64,000 nucleotides of DNA from the human T2T-CHM13v2.0 reference genome, Homo sapiens: the NCBI RefSeq assembly GCF_009914755.1, contig NC_060932.1; one strand, given 5' to 3'. The notes under the pieces were generated by a model. It was not told the origin of the DNA. It made no database searches and saw only the letters and a list, made by a program, of their open reading frames with translations. The position numbers and the translations under genes were made by a program. This document shows positions 27,704 to 39,800 of this stretch, in pieces (position 1 is the first letter of the stretch; each line of letters opens with the position of its first letter).

Positions 27704-27849
27704 GTGGGCATGGTGGCACATGCCTGTAGTCCCAGCTACTCGGGAATCTGAGGCCAGGAGTTCGAGGCCATGGTATGCTACGATAGTGCCTGTGAATAGC
27801 TGCTGCACTCCAATGTGGGCAACGTAGTGAGACCCTATCACTTTAAAAA
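27704..27849 (+). mobile_element. FAM (fossil Alu monomer, 7SL-derived)
   Basis: Single monomer that keeps the FAM/7SL-type gcctgtgaatagc segment absent from dimeric Alu. Confidence 0.8.
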
Positions 27850-28761
27850 TCATAATCATAACTTTTTTAAGCCTATGGTCAAACAATGTGATGTCATATT
27901 AAGGGGATTTACTTTGGAGTGAGATATTCCTGGGCTTAAATATAACCTGTGACACTTATTAGCTGATGATTCTAGGTGAATATTATTATTCACTGTAATA
28001 TTACTTCTTAAATTTTTTTAAATGAGACTTGTTTTTTATGTAAGTAATCGCATTGATATGAAGATTGGGCTAGCAGTCACTTGTGTTTTGCCATTGAGTA
28101 AACCATCAGGCTAGTTCATTGCAACATCACCAATCCTAAGCACAGTGTGAGACACCAAGTCAGTGCCCACATGCTTGTTGTAATTTTATTCACTGTAAAA
28201 GCTCTGTGGCATCTGTAAATTCCTGAGCTGGTCTAGGCACACACATTTTTTATTTCTCTCCTTGGATTGGTGATTAATGTTAATGGGAAAATGTTTTGAA
28301 GAAGTCATAAATCTGATATGACTATCTCAAATTTATTTGAGAATTATTTTTAATTTTTCAATCTTTGAAGTCAGTGGAAAGAATAATGCAAATTTTTCAA
28401 TTAAACTAATGACTATGGATAAATTTTTATTTTAGATAGAATTTTGCATGAAGTAATTTAAAATAGCATTCTTGTATATCTCTAAGTTTATTTGGGAGAA
28501 TAAAAAGTCACTTCCTCAATTATGCATTGCTGATTAGAGCAATGTCAGAGCAGTTATGCAAGAAACATAGATATGGGTATGATACCTATGGATTTTTCTC
28601 TATTAATAAAAAGAGCTAATAGTAATAGGGTTGCTATTGATGATTTTATGAGATAATTTATGTAGGTACTCAGTAAATGGTAAATCTCTTTCATTTCTAT
28701 TTTTTCTACCATTAAATTTACTTGAAATCTTAGGAACTTACTTACCTGCTTCATTATTTTC

Positions 28762-29275
28762 ATGTGGCTGCTGTGACAAATTACCACAGATTTTTTTTTT
28801 TGGCTGAAAATGATAGAAATGTATTCTCTGATCGTTATGGAGGCCAGATGCCAAAATCACTATCACTAGGCCAAAGTCAAGGTGTTGGCAAGGTCGTTCT
28901 CTCCCTGGAGGCTCTAGGGGAGATTCCTTTCCGTGTCTCTTCCAGTTTCTGATGGCTACAACATTCCTTGATTTGTAGGCACGTCACTTTAACCTCTCCG
29001 TCCTCACACTGCCTTCTCTTGTATCTATAATCTTCTGCCTCCCTTTTACAAGGAGACATGTGATTATATTTAGGGCACACCAGGGTAATCCAGAGTAATC
29101 TTTCCATCTCAAGATCTAAATCACATCTGTAAAATTTCTTCTTCTAGATAAGGTAATGTAACTAGATAAGGTAACCTTGTCTAGAAATTTCTTTTTCTAG
29201 ATAAGGTAACCTTGTCTAGAAATTTCTTTTTCTAGATAAGGTTCCTGGGATTAGGACAGCATAATTTTGAGTGAC
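28762..29275 (-). mobile_element. MLT1B/C-type MaLR LTR
   Basis: ggctgctgtgacaaattaccac...ggaggctctaggggaga...ccttttacaaggagacatgtgattatatttagggcacacc. Confidence 0.8.
29162..29242. repeat. 35-bp tandem repeat (2.3 perfect copies) with internal palindrome
   Basis: Unit CTAGATAAGGTAACCTTGTCTAGAAATTTCTTTTT. Confidence 0.9.
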
Positions 29276-29311
29276 CTACTAGTCTAGTTAGTTTTATCTT
29301 TGCTGTGATAG

Positions 29312-29672
<361 letters not shown>

Positions 29673-29945
29673 AACAAAATATATTTTAAAAACTCTTCTG
29701 AAAGTCTCCAAACTTATCCCTACATTACCAGTTTATGTTTGTTTGTTTATTTGTAAATGCAGATAAATAGTGAGTGTTCATTCATAAGTGGCTAGTTGCA
29801 TTATTGATGCCATTGCAGACAGCAAACCTCCCAATCAAGAAATTATCTCCTACCCCTTTGAAATAATAGAGACTCAAACATCTGTCCTCAAATCTCACCC
29901 AAAAAGTGAACAGAAAATGCATATAGATAAGTAAAAAGAGAAACA

Positions 29946-30090
29946 GTCCAGGCACAGTGGCTTATGCCTGTAATCCCAGTGCTTTGGGAGGCCAAGGCAA
30001 GAGGATTGTTTGAGGACAGGAGTTTGAGACCAGTCTGGGCAACATAGCCAGACCCCATCTCTGCAAAAATAAAAATAAACTAAAAAGAGA
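29946..30090 (+). mobile_element. FLAM / Alu left monomer
   Basis: Monomer ending ccccatctctgc plus A-rich tail. Confidence 0.85.
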
Positions 30091-31269
30091 AACATAAGTC
30101 TCCCACACATGACATTTATATGTCAGCATTCCAATCTTCTTAGTGAAATATAGATAAAAAGGTATCTCTGTATATATATACAGTTTATTTTTAGTGATAT
30201 ATATATATCTCTTATGATGAACACTATATGTAGTATTCATCATAAGAAATTATTTACCTGGTATATTAGTTTCCTGTGGCTGCTGTATATAACTTTATAC
30301 AAGTAAGAGTAGTACACAGAAAAGTGCATGTTACAACATTTATTTTATATATATACTTATCTTTATATATATGTGTATGTAATAAAATTAACCCAGTGAT
30401 ATTTCACTTAAGATTAAATTACTCTTACACCTTTTTGCAGAATACCAGCACAGAATGAATATCCCCTCCAGAATAGAGTGTGGAGAATCGAGCACATCCG
30501 CTGCTGTTGTTTAGGGGATACTGTGTTCCTCACACTAGATCTGCCATTTTTACTGAATATAATTTATAATTCAGTTGTCGGTTTCTAAATTAAGTTGTTG
30601 AAAATGTTATGAACAGAGGAGGAAGACAGAAGTAGTTTTTTTGTTTATTTTGAATACAGTACCTGGACAGATACCTCCATCTGCACAGATGAAAACTCAT
30701 CCCTCGTGATTACAGCATATGCATTGCTTGTCATTTAAAGTTGTTTTAATGTCTTGATGGTTAATATTCTGTGATAGCATTATTTTTAAGTTCAAATTTT
30801 AGACCCTAGTTTCAGTTTGTGGTGGAGTAATGATTGGTTCAGTGCCAGAGTTAAATACCTTTATTTGCGTACTTACGGTTACCACCTGTGTACTTGAAAT
30901 CATAAGCAGCTCATATGCTAGGCACCAGCAGGGCACTGAACACACAACCCACTTTACTTCCTCCATATTATTATGGTCTTCCTTGGTCCCAAGTCCTTTA
31001 AACACCTTGTTTCTACAGTACAATGTTTATATTCATACGGCAGGAATTCAAAGCCTTCTTGGTACGTGTTTTCTCAAATCCTTTGTACAGTTTAGTCTAC
31101 TGATTATTTTGCCATATTTCCTGTGTATTTAACCAACCCTAGGGTAGAAGCTTTGTTTCATAAAGTTGGTGCTTGTATTCTTCTATATCTTTGCTCACTT
31201 GTTTCTTCTGTCTCGCCTTTTCAAAATCATTATTACCTTCAAGTCTGAATTGAAACTCATTTTAACAAA

Positions 31270-31480
31270 CACTTATATTGCAGCTACTATTGGTTGAGTA
31301 CTTTTCTAAGGACTTTACAGATATTAACTAAGTTATGCCTCATCATAGTCCGATGAGGTGGGCACTGTTTTGTTAACATTACCATTTTTCAAATGAGGAC
31401 AGTGAGACCAGGGAGGTAGATTCTTTGCCGAAAGTCATGCAGCTAGTGGTTGGTAGAGCCGGGTGGAATCCAGGCAGTGT
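31270..31480 (-). mobile_element. MIR SINE
   Basis: ccatttttcaaatgaggacagtgagacc...aaagtcatgcagctagt. Confidence 0.7.
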
Positions 31481-31672
31481 GCTTTCATAATCCAAACCTC
31501 TCCTCTCTGCTTGGTCCTTCCCTTGTGTTTTGATCCAGAATAAGTAATAAGTTTTTTTTTTTTTCCCATTCCCTTACTGTAGTTCTCCCAGATAATTTTC
31601 ATTCTAGCACTTTTATTGTGTTTTCATTATGGCTCATGATCACACTTTTAATACAAGATGAAAAGACTTAAA

Positions 31673-32535
31673 TAGTCATGCACCACAAAATGACATTTTT
31701 GGTCAAGGACGGACAGAACATGTAACAGTGGTCTCATAAGATTATGAAAGAACTGAAAAGTCCCCGTTGCCTAGTGACGATGATGATCTTGATGATCTTG
31801 ACCCTATGTAGTCCTAGGCTATAGGCTAATGTGCGTTTGTATCTTAATTGCATACGAAAACAGCTTAAAAAATAATTTTAAAAGTTAACAGAAGAGTACT
31901 GATAGGATAAAGATATAAAGAAAATATTTTCGTACAGATTCACAGTGTTTGTGTTTTAAGCCAAGTGTTGCTAGAAAAGAGTCAAAAAGTTTAAAAAAAA
32001 AAGTTAAAAGTTGACAAATTTTAAAAAATTACAGTAAACTAAGGGTAATTTTTGAAGAAAGGAAAATATTTTTAAAATAAATTTAGTGTAGTCCAAGTTT
32101 ATAATGTTTATAAAGTCTACAGTAGTGTCCTAGGCCTTCACATTCACTTGTCACTCACTCAGTCACTCACCCAGAACAACTTCCAGTCTTCCAAGTTCCA
32201 CTCATGGTAAGTGCCCTATCTAGGTTTACCATTCTCCATCTTTTATATTGTCATGTCTCCATCTTTTATTGTGTCTCCACTGTACCTTTTCTGTGTTTAG
32301 ATATGTGTAGATACACAAACACCTATCATTGTGTTATAGTCACATACGGTATTCAGTACAATAACATGCTGAACAAGTCTGTAGCCAAGGAACAGTAGGC
32401 TGTATCATATAGCCTAGGCGTGTAGTAGGCTACGCCACCTAGGTTTATGTAAGTACACTCTGTGATGTTTGTACAATGACAAAAACACCTAAGGAGCTGT
32501 TCCTTAGAAGGTATCCTCATAGCTAAGCGACTGTA
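31673..32535 (+). mobile_element. Tigger3-family (MER7-type) DNA transposon fossil
   Basis: Starts agtcatgcaccac...ggtctcataagattat, ends gtagtaggctacgccacctaggtttatgtaagtacactc...aagcgactgta. Confidence 0.85.
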
Positions 32536-33049
32536 TTTATTTACTCCTTTTTTTCATGAAATCACATGCGGTAACTAATGATAGGTGGTAACTAATGCCC
32601 AACTAATATAGTCCACAGAATAAAACTAAGGTAAATATAAATTGATGAGCAAATTAGGGTAGAAAATTACAAAAACCCAAGGGTAAGGTCAGTACACAAA
32701 AACGTACGTATTACAACATTCCGTAGTGTTGGCAGAATTGGTCTTGAAATTATACTTTGAGTTGCCTTGTGGCTAAAGATGAGGGAAATATGGCTACAGA
32801 ATTCAGTGTCTAAATGTCCAAAACCAGTCACAATACATACAAAAGAAAAACATACTTGTTGGAGCCTATGAATTTCTACTTAAGACTTGTGAGAAAAATC
32901 TCCAATGAATAGCCATAAATTGGCCTTCATATGATGTGATAATATCTTCAATGGCATTCTTGTTTGCCATATTCAGTTCCTTAGTAAGTCATTTTTCTTT
33001 TGCCTTTAAAATCAACCTGAAGTCATTTTTTCTTTAATCATCTCTGCCA

Positions 33050-33645
33050 TCCTTCCCAGTCTAATCCACACTACTCTTCCATTTTCAGTCACAATGATTT
33101 TTTCAAATTAAATGTGATCTTATATCTTCCATACTTAAAATCCTTCAGTGGCTCCTTTCCAGTTAGAAGGGAATCCACACTTCCTCATATGCACTTACAT
33201 AATCCAGCACTTGGCACTCTCCTCCCCTATCTGACTCTATCTTATTCCACTTTTCCATTGTCTTAACTCCAGCGTTACTGGTCTCCTTTCTGTTGCTCCT
33301 TAAATAGACGAAGCTCATTTCTTTCCCAGATCCTTCACATTTATTCTCCTTCTCGTTGAAGGCTTTGTCTCCAGGTGTCTGGCCGCCTCCCTCTCAGCAT
33401 CGCATCCTCAGCATACACGGTCAGAGAAGCCCTTGCCGAGCACGCAGTGTGAAGGGTCCTTCCTCTCAGCCAGAAGCTGGCTCAGAACCCCCTGTCCTGG
33501 TGGAGTAGTATCATTGGTCAAGCCAATTTACCTTATTTATTCACGTTGTCATTGGTTATTCCTTATGGGTAATGCAAATCCATAAAGACCCATGTGTCCC
33601 TCGTACCTTGCATATAGTAATTGCTCAGTAAACAATAATGTGAAT
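33050..33645. mobile_element. L2 remnant
   Basis: cttaaaatccttcagtggctcc...catatagtaattgctcagtaaac. Confidence 0.6.
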
Positions 33646-34199
33646 AAAGTGCTGTAGCACATTCTTTAGCCTCTTTCTGATCAAGTGTTGACCACTGGAA
33701 ATATTCTTTTGCTAATGCTGATCTTATTTGCCACAGGACTGGGTATGTGAAGGTACTGGTTTTGTCTGACTCAACAGTTGTGAGCCGTCCAGGATGCTGC
33801 CTTCTGTTCCTCTCCTAACACTCGGTGGCTTCTGTGCTGCTTTTCCATTGACCTTTGCTCTGGCTCTTCTGGCCCTTTCTTCCACGTAGGAGCAGTCCTA
33901 CCTTCCCACATTTGATACCAGAAGCAGCAAGAAGAAACATGAACAAAAGAGATTATGCCCTCTTTTTAAGTATTAAGTGCGTGTTCCCAGATATTGGTGC
34001 TTAATGTAGTGGTTTTGTTTTAAGTGAGAACATTAGGCTAACCCAGTCACCCAGGGTCATTTATCAGTTTTCATCGAATCAGGGAAATTTTCAGCTACTG
34101 TTTCTTCCGATATTTTACTTGCCCCTTTCCCTGTTTCCACACTATGGGAACTGTCAGCTTAAGATAATCCTTTATAGTTTCTTTTGAGCATTAGATCAT

Positions 34200-34603
34200 A
34201 TGTTACTGATTTTCATGATGTCACATCTTTGTGACGCTGGTATTTTACCAGATGCTGTGATAAACAATAAACATTATCTGAAAATAAGTGTGGATCAGGA
34301 AATGAGAGTGACAGTGTCCCATCTGATCCCATGGTTTGAGAAGTTACGTAGCACCCAATATGCATAATTGCTGTTATTTAATAATGAAATAAAATATTTC
34401 CTTTCAATTATGATACATCTTATAAAATAATGTGTATTATTTTTCAAACAGCTGCAATGTTGTTGAGAAATAAATATGTAAGTTGTTTGGTACTCACAAT
34501 TTAATTACCAAATTTGTTCCTTATTGGTTTGGCCTGGGGCAAATATCATGAAAAAATTACTGAAACACTAAGGACATTGTGAACTGAGAAATTTGGGGAA
34601 GCG
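34200..34603 (+). mobile_element. hAT-Charlie 3' fragment
   Basis: caggaaatgagagtgacagtgtcccatctgatcccatggtttgagaagtt...tgtgaactgagaaatttggggaa. Confidence 0.55.
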
Positions 34604-34862
34604 TCTTTATGATATTGTCCTACAGGCTGAGTCTCTGCTCATTTTTCATTATTTTTTTGTCTGTTTTCCAGACTGGTCTATGTCTTGACCTAGCCTCAAA
34701 GTTCACTGCCTCCTTCGTTTGTATTTTGAAGCCAATCCGATGATATTTTCATTTCAGATGCTTTATATTTTCAGATATAAAATTTTCATTTGATTTTTAA
34801 TAGTTTTTTATTTGTCTGCTGAAATTTTATATCTTTTTGTTCATTAGCAGGATCTTTTCTTT

Positions 34863-35356
34863 TGTAATCACACCCAGGTTTGGCTGCTGGCTGCTCACTG
34901 CTCAAAAGCCAGACACAAGACGCAAACACAGGAGGTGAGGGTTGATGGGAAGAAAAGCAGGTTTCATAGCGTTCTAAATGTTAAAATTTACCCTAGGGTT
35001 TTTAAAGGGAAACTTGGTGTGGGAGACACGTGGGAGTGCTGCAGAGCGTAGGGGCTGCGAGTCTTGTTCCATTGGCTGTCGTGGATAATCGCCTACCCGG
35101 AGGCCTGGCTGGTGTCACCTTGACTTCAGACCAGTGGCGGTGGACTCATTGTTCGTGATTCCCGCTAAGTGGAAGGATTCCAAAGGAGCTTCTTGCCCGG
35201 TTTAAGATTAGCCTCTGGAATTTCTTAAGCAAGAACATGATTTGATAAGCATGCATTGCTGGAGGGGAGTTTCTTTAGAGGGAAGGAATGAAGAGGTGAG
35301 AGGGGAGGGAAGGAAGAAGAAGTGGGTGATTTTTGAAACTGAGATCCCTGGTTATA
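34863..35356. mobile_element. Solo LTR (ERV1-class), 494 bp, inserted in an old antisense L1
   Basis: TGTAAT...GTTATA termini, exact 4-bp TSD CTTT (34859-34862 and 35357-35360), abrupt GC/CpG rise, T-rich L1-like DNA on both sides. Confidence 0.8.
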
Positions 35357-36584
35357 CTTTTACACATTATAAATTTTTGAGAGTTTTGTTTAATTCCTTG
35401 TCTGCTAATTAATCTGGTTATGTTAGAGTAAATATTGTGCTTTGAAAACTCTAGAATTTGCTATATTCCTCCAAACAGTGTTGCTTTTATTTATTTTTTT
35501 AGACTGTTTAAGCAGATAGCTTGATTGAACTCTAACTGCAGACTGTATCTCTTGGTAAGCAGCTAAAATCTCAGATGAGCTTCTTCATCCTTTTCAGGGA
35601 TACTTGCAGTCTGCCCTGTGCACTTGTGGTTCAGTTGTCACTAGAGAGTTGGTGAGAGTTCATACACAGAATCTGTGGCTCCCTATCTCTGGCTCTCTTC
35701 CTTCTACAGTTCCTTCCTCACTTTCCAGCAGCTGTGGTTGCTGGAAACTTTGGCCTGTGATTCTTCAAGCGCAAAGACTCAGAGCCTTCCATTGGAGTCT
35801 TGGCTGCTCAGCATGCCCCCTGCAGCCTGTCCTCATTGGAAACACCATAAGAAGTCACCTCATTCAGTTACCTTTCTTCAAGCGTCATAACCCTTTGGAA
35901 TCTACCTAGTCATTACCCAGTAACTTCAAGTAATTGCTTTTTGTATTTTATCCAAAGATTAGTTTTTTGCCTAAGGTTTGATTTGGTTTAAGCTTATGTT
36001 GTTACACCAGAAGTAGAACCTTGTGTGTTTTGAGAAAACACATGTGCCAGAAATTTCATATCTGTGGCTCTTCAATGCCTCACAACAGCCATGTATAAGC
36101 GAAATATTGTTATCTCTATTTTATACATGATGAAAGTAGACTACAAATGTAGAGTTATACATCTTCAAGTGTTAGGCAGTTAGTTGTTAGTGGAGTCAGG
36201 GTTAATACCTAACTCCCTCGATTGAGTTGTTGCTCTCCTCGGTTTCCTCTGTAGTTTTATATTTGAAAAATAATACTCCCAATGTTTGCTGAATATACTA
36301 AATTTCTTATTAGCAGGCATTCTCTCTGAATATAAATGTAACGTTAAAGTCGAAGTTCTTCACATTAGAGGAGGAACTTGATTTTTTAATGTTGAAATGT
36401 TATAATAAAGCCAAAGCCAAAGTATTATAATAATATCTTCATAATTCAATCAAACACGGTACATTCAAGCCTCCCAAGAATGTAAAACTAGAAACAGTAG
36501 AGGATGAAGTAGATCAGTTGATGAAAGAAATGCCGAGATAGAGAGGAATTAACAACGAAACCTTCATTATTAAAGTTTTATTTT

Positions 36585-36848
36585 GGCTGGGCACCATGAC
36601 TCAGACCTGAAATCCCAGCAGTTGCGGAGGCCAAGGTGGGAAGATCACTTGAGCCCATGAGTTTGTGACCAGCATGGGCTGTATAGTGAGACTTTATCTT
36701 TACAAAAAAAAAAGTTAAAAATTAAAAATCAGCCGAGTGTGGTGGCACATGCCTATAGTCACAGCTACTCAGGAGGCTGAGGTGGGAGGATCGCTTGAGC
36801 CCAGGAAGCAGACGTTGCAGTGAGCCGAGATGGTTATAAAAACAAAAA
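36585..36848 (+). mobile_element. AluJ, 3'-truncated
   Basis: gatcacttgagcccatgagttt (J-type), right arm ends at gagccgagatgg. Confidence 0.85.
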
Positions 36849-39800
36849 GTTCTGTTTGAATATTCAAACCTAGTAGTACATCATCAATTGTACTTAATCC
36901 AGACATGCATATTACAAAGCCCCTGCTTTGGCTGGTAGAGCAATAAACAGTTAATAGAAGAAACAGTCACATTTACTTCTGCTAAATAAAACAGCACAGA
37001 TCCTTTAATGGACCCCAAGTGGTGGCAGTCTTCATTGACTGCATAATTACTCCTGAACGCCTCTGAATTAACTGCCTGCATATTAACGCCCTTGGACACA
37101 TCTATAGCAGCTGAGTGGGGTTGGAGTTGACCACTTGTCAGGATGATGAGGAACTGCGTTAACTGCTGTGCCAAAGAGCTTTTAAGCTATTCCCTTGTGA
37201 TTGTTAATAGCACTATTAACAATGGTTTGGGTCAGAAAACTCTGGGTGCAACTCAGTAAAACTTCATCCTAGATACAGAGAATAAAGGCGTTCTCAGATG
37301 TGGAAAACACGTCAGTTCACACTTGTGTAAGCACTTCCTGAAGGCCCCAGAAGAGAGATTCCATCAGACATTTTCATTAGTATATTTTCATTAGTATATT
37401 TCCCCTATGTTTAATTATTGAAATGTACTATTTCCAGAAGTATGGAATAACTCCAGTTTGGGTATTATACATCTTTTCTGAGCATGTAGCACCCCGTGCT
37501 ATACTTTGCTGTTACTAGGACCATATGGCAAAGCAATTACTAAGTGTGTTAATCTCCAGACTAGCTTGGGCTCATAGTAGAGAGGGAATGTGCCTTTTGC
37601 CCTTTGTATTGTTGGGTCCAAGCATGGTGTTGAAATTCAGTGTGTGCTCAATAACTATTCACTGAAATAGTAAGTGGAGATCAGGTTTTTAAAAGCCTGA
37701 GAAATCCGTAACTGCTTCTATGTCAGGATTACATTTACCACCACCCCAACACCACAGATTATATATTCCATGTGGCCTTCCCATTACCCAAAAGACTAAG
37801 AGCAAAGTACTATGAATTTAGCCTTGGACTGAATACATGTTTAACCATTTAATTTGCAGGCCTATTGCCTGCTGGAATTAAAAAATTTCTTTCTTTGCCC
37901 CTGAAGGGTAGCACATAGAAAAGAAAGCTTTAGAATCAGACCTAAATTCAAGTGTCACCACCACTGCTACTTAAGGGGCACAGGAAGGCTCCTTCTCTAC
38001 ACTTTAGTCAGATGGGGGCAGCACTGCCAATATTACAAGTTTCCCCTGAGGAGTCAAAGCATGCCCTGTGTAATGCGGTTACTGCCTTACTTGCCACACA
38101 CACAGCCCCAAACAAAAGCTGCTTCCCGTCTTCCGCTTCCCTCACCCAACTTTAATTTAAAGAATATTAAAATACTTTAATTCCTTATGCTGTCTCCATT
38201 CTGGATATTATATATTTTCTTTAAAATTTTCAAAGCCTAAAACCATAACACCATTATACAATAAAAACTATAAGCATGATTGGCTGCTAAAACTGAATTT
38301 ATTCTAAAAAATAGGGTAACTCACTGGTTTTCAATATAGAGCTTTTTCAAAAAATAACTAATCAAGAACCTTACTTTCAGAGATGCTTATTCATGTACCC
38401 TCCTTTCCCCTAAATTCCACTAAATGAGTGAAAAAAAATGTTTTAAAATCTGTAAACGTACTGGAAATTATTAAATTACTAAATGTAAGACATTTCTGGA
38501 GGAGAAAAAGTGATGGGACTAAAATGACAAGAAACATCGAGAATAATGCATTATAAAAGGCTGCCAGGGAGTTAAGAGTGTTTATAAAGAAGCCCAAAAG
38601 AAACTCTGAGCTAAGAGAATAAACACGGAGAAAAGAATTAAAATGACAAGTAAACAAATATACGTAGCTGTCAAGTCCAAATATAAAGATTTGGAAGAAC
38701 TAGTGAAAGTAATAAACATGTGCTCTCTGAAACAATCAATGGAAACCTGTTTCTTAAAACAATTTAAGACGTTAAAGAAGACTGACCGGTCATCTGAATT
38801 TGTAGGAATTCTCTTTTCCAGCCCATTTGCTGACCAGCTTTTGAATGATCATTTTCCTGTGCTCTGCTCTTGCCTCCCCCTGTAACTGGTGCCTACATTT
38901 TATAGTCAGTTTTGTCTACAAAGCAGCCTTTCATTATCAGTTTATATTGAAGAACCATGTTAAAATCTGGGCTTAGATTTTTTTGACTTCACATTTTTTA
39001 AATTTTGTGTTTTTATTCGTTTGTTTAAACAATGGTGTCTTCTAAATTTTATGAGACAATTGAGTTTTACTCTTTGGAAGACTAAACCAATCACCATTAG
39101 GAGCCCTGTAGTTTAAAAAAAAGCAATAATGCCTCAACCGTTTTTATTCATAGTTGGTTTCATTAAAAAAAGAATAGCAGAATATTTTAGGAAGAAGTTT
39201 TCTGAAATTCATAAATTATTTCATCTTTTGAAATATAATGCAGTACTTAAGAAATACCAAACCTGTATGTAATTCTGACGTGCACTGAAATGAAGATTTA
39301 GAATCATTAACTCTAGGCCTTGAGATAGAGAAATGCACATTTCAGGATTCAACATACATAGAAAAACTAGTGTTAAATTGGCTGCTATAAAATTACTGGG
39401 CAAATTGGCAAGATAATTATAGAATTGTCATTAAGCAAAAACTTTAGGTAACGACCAGGTAAGAGGTTTTAAATTAAGTAGCAACATCAAATTCACCAGG
39501 AGTTTTTCTAAGTTTGGATTGTCTTGAGATACAAACTAACTTGAGAGTTAGTAATTTGAAATTATAACAAAAAGTGAACACTTACAGGAAAGTTATACTT
39601 TCCTTCCTTGTAATTTCCTGGAAAGAAAAAATATATATATTTAACCTACTGTAGAACGTGTGAATCTACTTAGAAGGTGAGCCGCATGGTCTCTGGGCGA
39701 CACTCCTCTCTTGGTTACTGTTCCATTCCCACTGCCCACAACAGGGCCTGCGGCACAGCAGTCACCCAGGGCAGGTTCTGTGGTGGAGATGAAGGAGTGA

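Noticed and set aside
27704-27849. Possible 7SL RNA gene
   Set aside because: Lacks the SRP S-domain and is diverged; fits FAM.
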